NCBI GenBank assembly: GCA_003208875.1
Contig: QCUR01000001.1
Coordinates: 1-64,000 of the forward strand
Direction: 5' to 3'
Source: Prochlorococcus sp. AG-679-M23
GTDB taxonomy: Bacteria > Cyanobacteriota > Cyanobacteriia > PCC-6307 > Cyanobiaceae
Length of the DNA: 64,000 nt
In this document: in pieces, positions 59,699 through 64,000 of the stretch
Position numbering within the stretch: position 1 is the stretch's first letter
Layout of the letters: each line of letters begins with the position of its first letter
Notes under the pieces: generated by a model
Told to the model about the DNA's origin: nothing
The model's input: the letters and a program-made list of their open reading frames with translations, nothing else
The model's database searches: none
Program-made: the position numbers and the translations under genes

Positions 59699-62600
59699 TT
59701 GCGATTGGTATACATCAATCAGGTCGAGTTTGAAAATTTTAAATCTTTTGGAGGAAGTGTAAAAATTCCTCTTGAAGAGGGTTTTACAGTGGTGACTGGT
59801 CCAAATGGATCTGGGAAAAGTAATATTTTGGATGGAATTTTATTCTGTTTAGGTTTGGCAAATAGTAGAGGTATGAGAGCAGAGAGATTACCAGATTTAA
59901 TAAATAATTCTAAAGTAAAAGAAGGTAAATCTTCCGAAACATTTGTTTCCGTTAAATTCAATATTGAAGATTGGTCGCCAAGGGAAGATGTTCCACCTTT
60001 GGATTTAGAAGAAGATGATATCGCTCTTAAAAGAGATCAAAAAGAATGGATAGTTTCCAGAAAATTGCGGCTAATGCCTGGTGGATCATATGCATCGACT
60101 TATACCTCTGACGGACGCCAGTGCACTTTACAACAAATACAGAGAGTTCTTAGAGATATAAGTGTTGATCCAGAAGGCAGTAATGTTGTGATGCAGGGAG
60201 ATGTCACAAGAATAGTATCAATGAATAATAAAGAGAGGAGAACACTTATTGATGAATTGGCAGGGGTAGCTCTTTTTGATAGCAGAATTGAACAAACGCA
60301 TTCCAAACTTAATGATGTTTTTGAAAGACAAGAAAGATGCGAGATTCTAGAAAACGAACTGCAATCTAGTAAAGTAAAGCTTGAAAAAGAATGTGAAAAA
60401 GCAAAAAAATATAAAGAGTTGAAGGCAAAACTTTTTCATATAAAGGAGATTGAAAAAGTACTTTTATTCGATAAACAAGTTCAAAACATTGAATTAATTA
60501 AGAAAAAAGCTATTAACTTGGATAAGAGTAAGATTTTATTTAATCAACAAAAAGAATCTCTTGGTAAAGAAATACAAGTATTGCAAGATGCAATGCAAAT
60601 CATGGTTACAGAATTAAAAGAGAAAGGAGAAGATAAATTAATCAAAGTAAATTCTGATATTGGGAGTATAAATTCTAATTTAAGGGAATTAGAAAGAATA
60701 GCAGTTGTCAATAAAGAGGAGGGCATTAAACTGCAAGATCAACGCGATAAAATTGCAATATTTAAAAAAAGTACGGAGCTAGAAAAGAATCAACAAGAGG
60801 ACTTTAATGATAATTATCTAGAAAAATTGAACATCGAGATTCAAGATTTAACCTTAAAACACAAGCTATCTAGAAAAAAACTTTCTGATGCTGCAGGTGA
60901 ATCAGGTGAATTTTCAAAGCAAAGTATAAAGCTCAATAATGAGTTGGAAAATATAAAATCTTTAGTACAACCTCTTGAAACTAGTAAAAGGAATATTGAA
61001 GAGGAAATTATACAAATTAATATTCAAAGAGAAGAAATAGTATCTCAAAATGATCTTTTAAAGTTAGAAAAACAAAAACTATCAGAATTTAATCAAAATA
61101 ATGAAAAATCAACGGATATAAAAAATCGTAATTTGAGCAGTATTAGATCTGAGATTGATACTTTAAAAATTGAAATAGATTTGTTAAATAAAACTAAACT
61201 AAGGCTAAACAACGAACAATTAAGGCTTGAAAAAGATTTATCAAGATGTGAAAGCAGAAAAGAAGCTCTAAATGAAACGAGGGGATCATATGCATTAAGA
61301 ATACTTTTAGAGGCAGGTTTAGAAGGTATACATGGATATGTTGCTCAATTAGGTGCCGTTAATGAAAAGCACAGGTATGCATTGGAAATTGCAGCTGGTA
61401 ATAGACTTGGGCAAATAGTTGTTGATAGTGACACTATTGCTTCAAAAGCTATTGAAATTCTTAAAAAAAAGAAAGCAGGGAGATTAACCTTTCTTCCACT
61501 TAATAGAATTAAAACCTATAAAAAAAATTTCGCGCTTAAAAGATTTGAGAATTTTAAAGAGAATGGATTTTTAGATAAGGCTATTAATTTAATTGATTGT
61601 GATGAGGTTTATGATGATGTTTTTAAATACGTTTTTGGAGATACAGTAGTCTTTTCAGATTTAGAGTCAGCGAAATCATCTAAACAAAAAATTAGAATGG
61701 TTACTTTGAGTGGAGAACTTTTAGAAGTTAGTGGTGCAATTACGGGAGGTAGTAAAGTTAATAAAGATCTTGCTTATAGGTTCGGAACTAATAATGATAT
61801 TGATGAGGCTCATCCCATAAAAGAAAGACTATCTATCATTGAAGAAGCTTTGAAGAAATCAGATAATGATATTTTAAATAAAACTAATAACTTTAATAAA
61901 CTAAATTTTAATCAAAGGGAAATATTAGAGGATTACGTATCTTCTAATAAAGAAATTGAAGTAAATAATAATTCTTTGAAAGTTTCTATGAAAAGAATTG
62001 ATGATAACAATTTGAGGCTTAATAAGCTTACGTCTCAAAATAATTTATTAAAAGATAAGTTGGATAATATTCAAAATGAAATAAAACCATTTAAAAAAAA
62101 GTTGGATGAATTGGAGATGATCCTTAAAAAGAATTATGAAGATAATCAAACATCCTCTTTAATGACTCATAATAATGATTTTGAAAAGTTAGATAAAAAA
62201 CTTGAATTAATGAGTCAAGAGAAAGATGAATTATTAAATAAAAAGAATCAATTTGTTTTAAATCAAGAACGTATAAATAATCAATTAAATCTAATATCTC
62301 TACAAGAAAAGAATCTACAAGAATCAGTTAAAGAGCTTTCTAATGCTCATAATGAATGGATAAAGAAAAGAGATGATTATAAAAGTGAGCTTGTGAGTCT
62401 TGATGGTCAAAAATCATTGCTTGAAAAGGATCTCGGAATATTAAGAAGAAAAAGGGATGAGTTGAATTCATCTATTTCCAATAAAAGACAAGAAATAAAT
62501 CAGTTGACTCTTAAGTTGGAATATCTTGAAAGAGACATAAGTTCTCTGAATGAAGAAATGCGTAGCGAAACTATCAAGTTAGAAAATTATAAAAAACAGC

Positions 62601-63289
62601 TACCTGATCCTTTGCCCAGCTTTGGAGAATATGAGACTATAACTCTTGATTTATTACAATCAGAGATCGTTGTGATTAATACGAAATTGGAAAGTTTAGA
62701 ACCGGTAAATATGTTGGCTTTAGATGAACTCGAGGAATTGACAGAAAGATTAAATGATTTGATAGAAAGACTGGAAGTTTTATCTAATGAAAGATCGGAG
62801 TTGTTATTGAGAATAGAAACTGTTTCAACTATGCGACAAGAAGCATTTATGCAGGCATTCATAGAGGTTGATAAGCATTTTAGAGAGATCTTTGCCAATT
62901 TATCAGATGGAGATGGGTTCCTTCAGCTCGAAAATCCAGAAGCTCCTTTAGAGGGAGGTTTGACTTTAGTGGCTCATCCTAAAGGAAAAAATGTTAGAAG
63001 ATTAGCTTCAATGTCGGGGGGTGAGAAATCATTAACGGCCCTAAGTTTTTTATTTGCTTTGCAAAAATATAAGCCTTCTCCCTTTTATGCATTAGATGAA
63101 GTAGATAGTTTTTTAGATGGTATTAACGTTGAAAGATTATCAAAATTAATAACAAGTCAGTCATCAAATGCTCAATTTATAGTCGTAAGCCATAGAAGAC
63201 CTATGATAAGTGCATCTGAACGAACAATTGGTGTTGCTCAAGCAAGAGGTGCTAATACTCAAGTTGTTGGATTACCAAATGCTGCATAA
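59699..63289 (+). CDS. smc: Chromosome segregation protein SMC
   Basis: NFKSF, GPNGSGKSN, hinge GRLTFLPL, MSGGEKS and LDEVD motifs. Confidence 0.97.
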   Translation: MRLVYINQVEFENFKSFGGSVKIPLEEGFTVVTGPNGSGKSNILDGILFCLGLANSRGMRAERLPDLINNSKVKEGKSSETFVSVKFNIEDWSPREDVPPLDLEEDDIALKRDQKEWIVSRKLRLMPGGSYASTYTSDGRQCTLQQIQRVLRDISVDPEGSNVVMQGDVTRIVSMNNKERRTLIDELAGVALFDSRIEQTHSKLNDVFERQERCEILENELQSSKVKLEKECEKAKKYKELKAKLFHIKEIEKVLLFDKQVQNIELIKKKAINLDKSKILFNQQKESLGKEIQVLQDAMQIMVTELKEKGEDKLIKVNSDIGSINSNLRELERIAVVNKEEGIKLQDQRDKIAIFKKSTELEKNQQEDFNDNYLEKLNIEIQDLTLKHKLSRKKLSDAAGESGEFSKQSIKLNNELENIKSLVQPLETSKRNIEEEIIQINIQREEIVSQNDLLKLEKQKLSEFNQNNEKSTDIKNRNLSSIRSEIDTLKIEIDLLNKTKLRLNNEQLRLEKDLSRCESRKEALNETRGSYALRILLEAGLEGIHGYVAQLGAVNEKHRYALEIAAGNRLGQIVVDSDTIASKAIEILKKKKAGRLTFLPLNRIKTYKKNFALKRFENFKENGFLDKAINLIDCDEVYDDVFKYVFGDTVVFSDLESAKSSKQKIRMVTLSGELLEVSGAITGGSKVNKDLAYRFGTNNDIDEAHPIKERLSIIEEALKKSDNDILNKTNNFNKLNFNQREILEDYVSSNKEIEVNNNSLKVSMKRIDDNNLRLNKLTSQNNLLKDKLDNIQNEIKPFKKKLDELEMILKKNYEDNQTSSLMTHNNDFEKLDKKLELMSQEKDELLNKKNQFVLNQERINNQLNLISLQEKNLQESVKELSNAHNEWIKKRDDYKSELVSLDGQKSLLEKDLGILRRKRDELNSSISNKRQEINQLTLKLEYLERDISSLNEEMRSETIKLENYKKQLPDPLPSFGEYETITLDLLQSEIVVINTKLESLEPVNMLALDELEELTERLNDLIERLEVLSNERSELLLRIETVSTMRQEAFMQAFIEVDKHFREIFANLSDGDGFLQLENPEAPLEGGLTLVAHPKGKNVRRLASMSGGEKSLTALSFLFALQKYKPSPFYALDEVDSFLDGINVERLSKLITSQSSNAQFIVVSHRRPMISASERTIGVAQARGANTQVVGLPNAA

Positions 63290-63334
63290 TCACACTTTTT
63301 TAAATTTTTACGTCAGAATATTAGAAAGATATTA

Positions 63335-64000
63335 ATGAGTTTGTCGAACACATCCACAAATAATAATGGCCGCAATTCCGTACCTAGCGAACGTCTATGG
63401 TTAAGATCGGAACTTATGGGAACCCAAGTCATTACTACTGATACTGGTAGGAGATTAGGGGTTGTAGGTGAAGTAGTAGTTGATATTGATAGAAGAGAGG
63501 TGGTTGCTCTAGGTCTTAGAGATAATCCTCTCACAAGATTTTTGCCAGGTTTACCTAAATGGATGCCTCTTGAAAGTATAAAGCAGGTTGGTGATGTAAT
63601 TTTAGTGGATTCTTTAGATTCTTTGAGCGACGGTTTTTCTCCTGAAAGATATGGGAAAGTTATAAATTGCCAGGTAATTACGGAATCTGGTCAGCTTCTT
63701 GGAAGAGTTCTTGGATTTTCTTTCGATATTGAGACGGGGGATTTAATTTCTCTTGTTATGGGTGCAGTAGGTGTTCCTCTTTTAGGTGAAGGTGTTTTAA
63801 GTACTTGGGAAATTCCTGTAGATGAGATAGTCAGCAGTGGTACTGACAGAATAATTGTTTATGAAGGCGCAGAGGAAAAACTAAATCAACTAAGTAGTGG
63901 ATTACTCGAGAAACTTGGGGTTGGTGGTTCCTCGTGGGAAGAAAGGGAAGCAAATAGGTACACAGCAAATCTTGTTCCAGTGGAGAATCAGCTTTTGTCA
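63335..64000 (+). CDS. PRC-barrel domain protein (3' truncated by window edge)
   Basis: Open frame MSLSNTS...RSELMGTQVITTDTGRRLGVVGEVVVD...IKQVGDVILVD, followed by a second barrel VITESGQLLGRV. Confidence 0.85.
   Translation, partial: MSLSNTSTNNNGRNSVPSERLWLRSELMGTQVITTDTGRRLGVVGEVVVDIDRREVVALGLRDNPLTRFLPGLPKWMPLESIKQVGDVILVDSLDSLSDGFSPERYGKVINCQVITESGQLLGRVLGFSFDIETGDLISLVMGAVGVPLLGEGVLSTWEIPVDEIVSSGTDRIIVYEGAEEKLNQLSSGLLEKLGVGGSSWEEREANRYTANLVPVENQLLS

Noticed and set aside
3284..63534. Short shadow ORFs overlapping long genes (e.g. 4215-4460, 7014-7478, 13464-13952, 19541-19858, 27259-27540, 37348-37716, 62587-62898, 63313-63534)
   Set aside because: They are antisense or alternate-frame to well-supported genes and show no recognisable motifs.

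Overview
AT-rich cyanobacterial chromosome segment. Gene content, gene order and a permuted two-piece tmRNA point to a high-light Prochlorococcus. The core backbone runs ftsY-argH-grpE-dnaJ-murB/C-gap-efp-accB-pdxA-cbiD-guaA, then pbp2-flv1/flv3-alaS-speA-ndk-gatB-argJ, then ssrA-smc. It is interrupted by two insertions at the 3' ends of protein-coding genes. (1) A 10.7 kb tandem array at guaA (24293-34999) has five copies of the guaA terminal core GAGTGGGA (IEWE*), each flanked at near-fixed distances by 11-bp arm repeats GGTT(A/T)CACGTG. These sites bound cassettes carrying: an orphan hsdS; a cell-wall/shape module (mreB, murA, a lipoprotein, a ribbon-helix-helix regulator with candidate operators, a sulfotransferase); a Yfr1-motif/Yfr2 sRNA pair with a restriction-enzyme remnant; and an empty collapsed unit. 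(2) A 1.7 kb insertion at argJ (52540-54279) is bounded by a synonymously recoded duplicate of the last 10 codons, has its own 11-bp arm repeats and carries a YadA-anchor-like surface protein. No integrase is visible in the window, so these look like non-autonomous or decayed site-specific cargo elements that target protein-coding genes. All calls come from reading the sequence and motifs by eye; no database searches were run.
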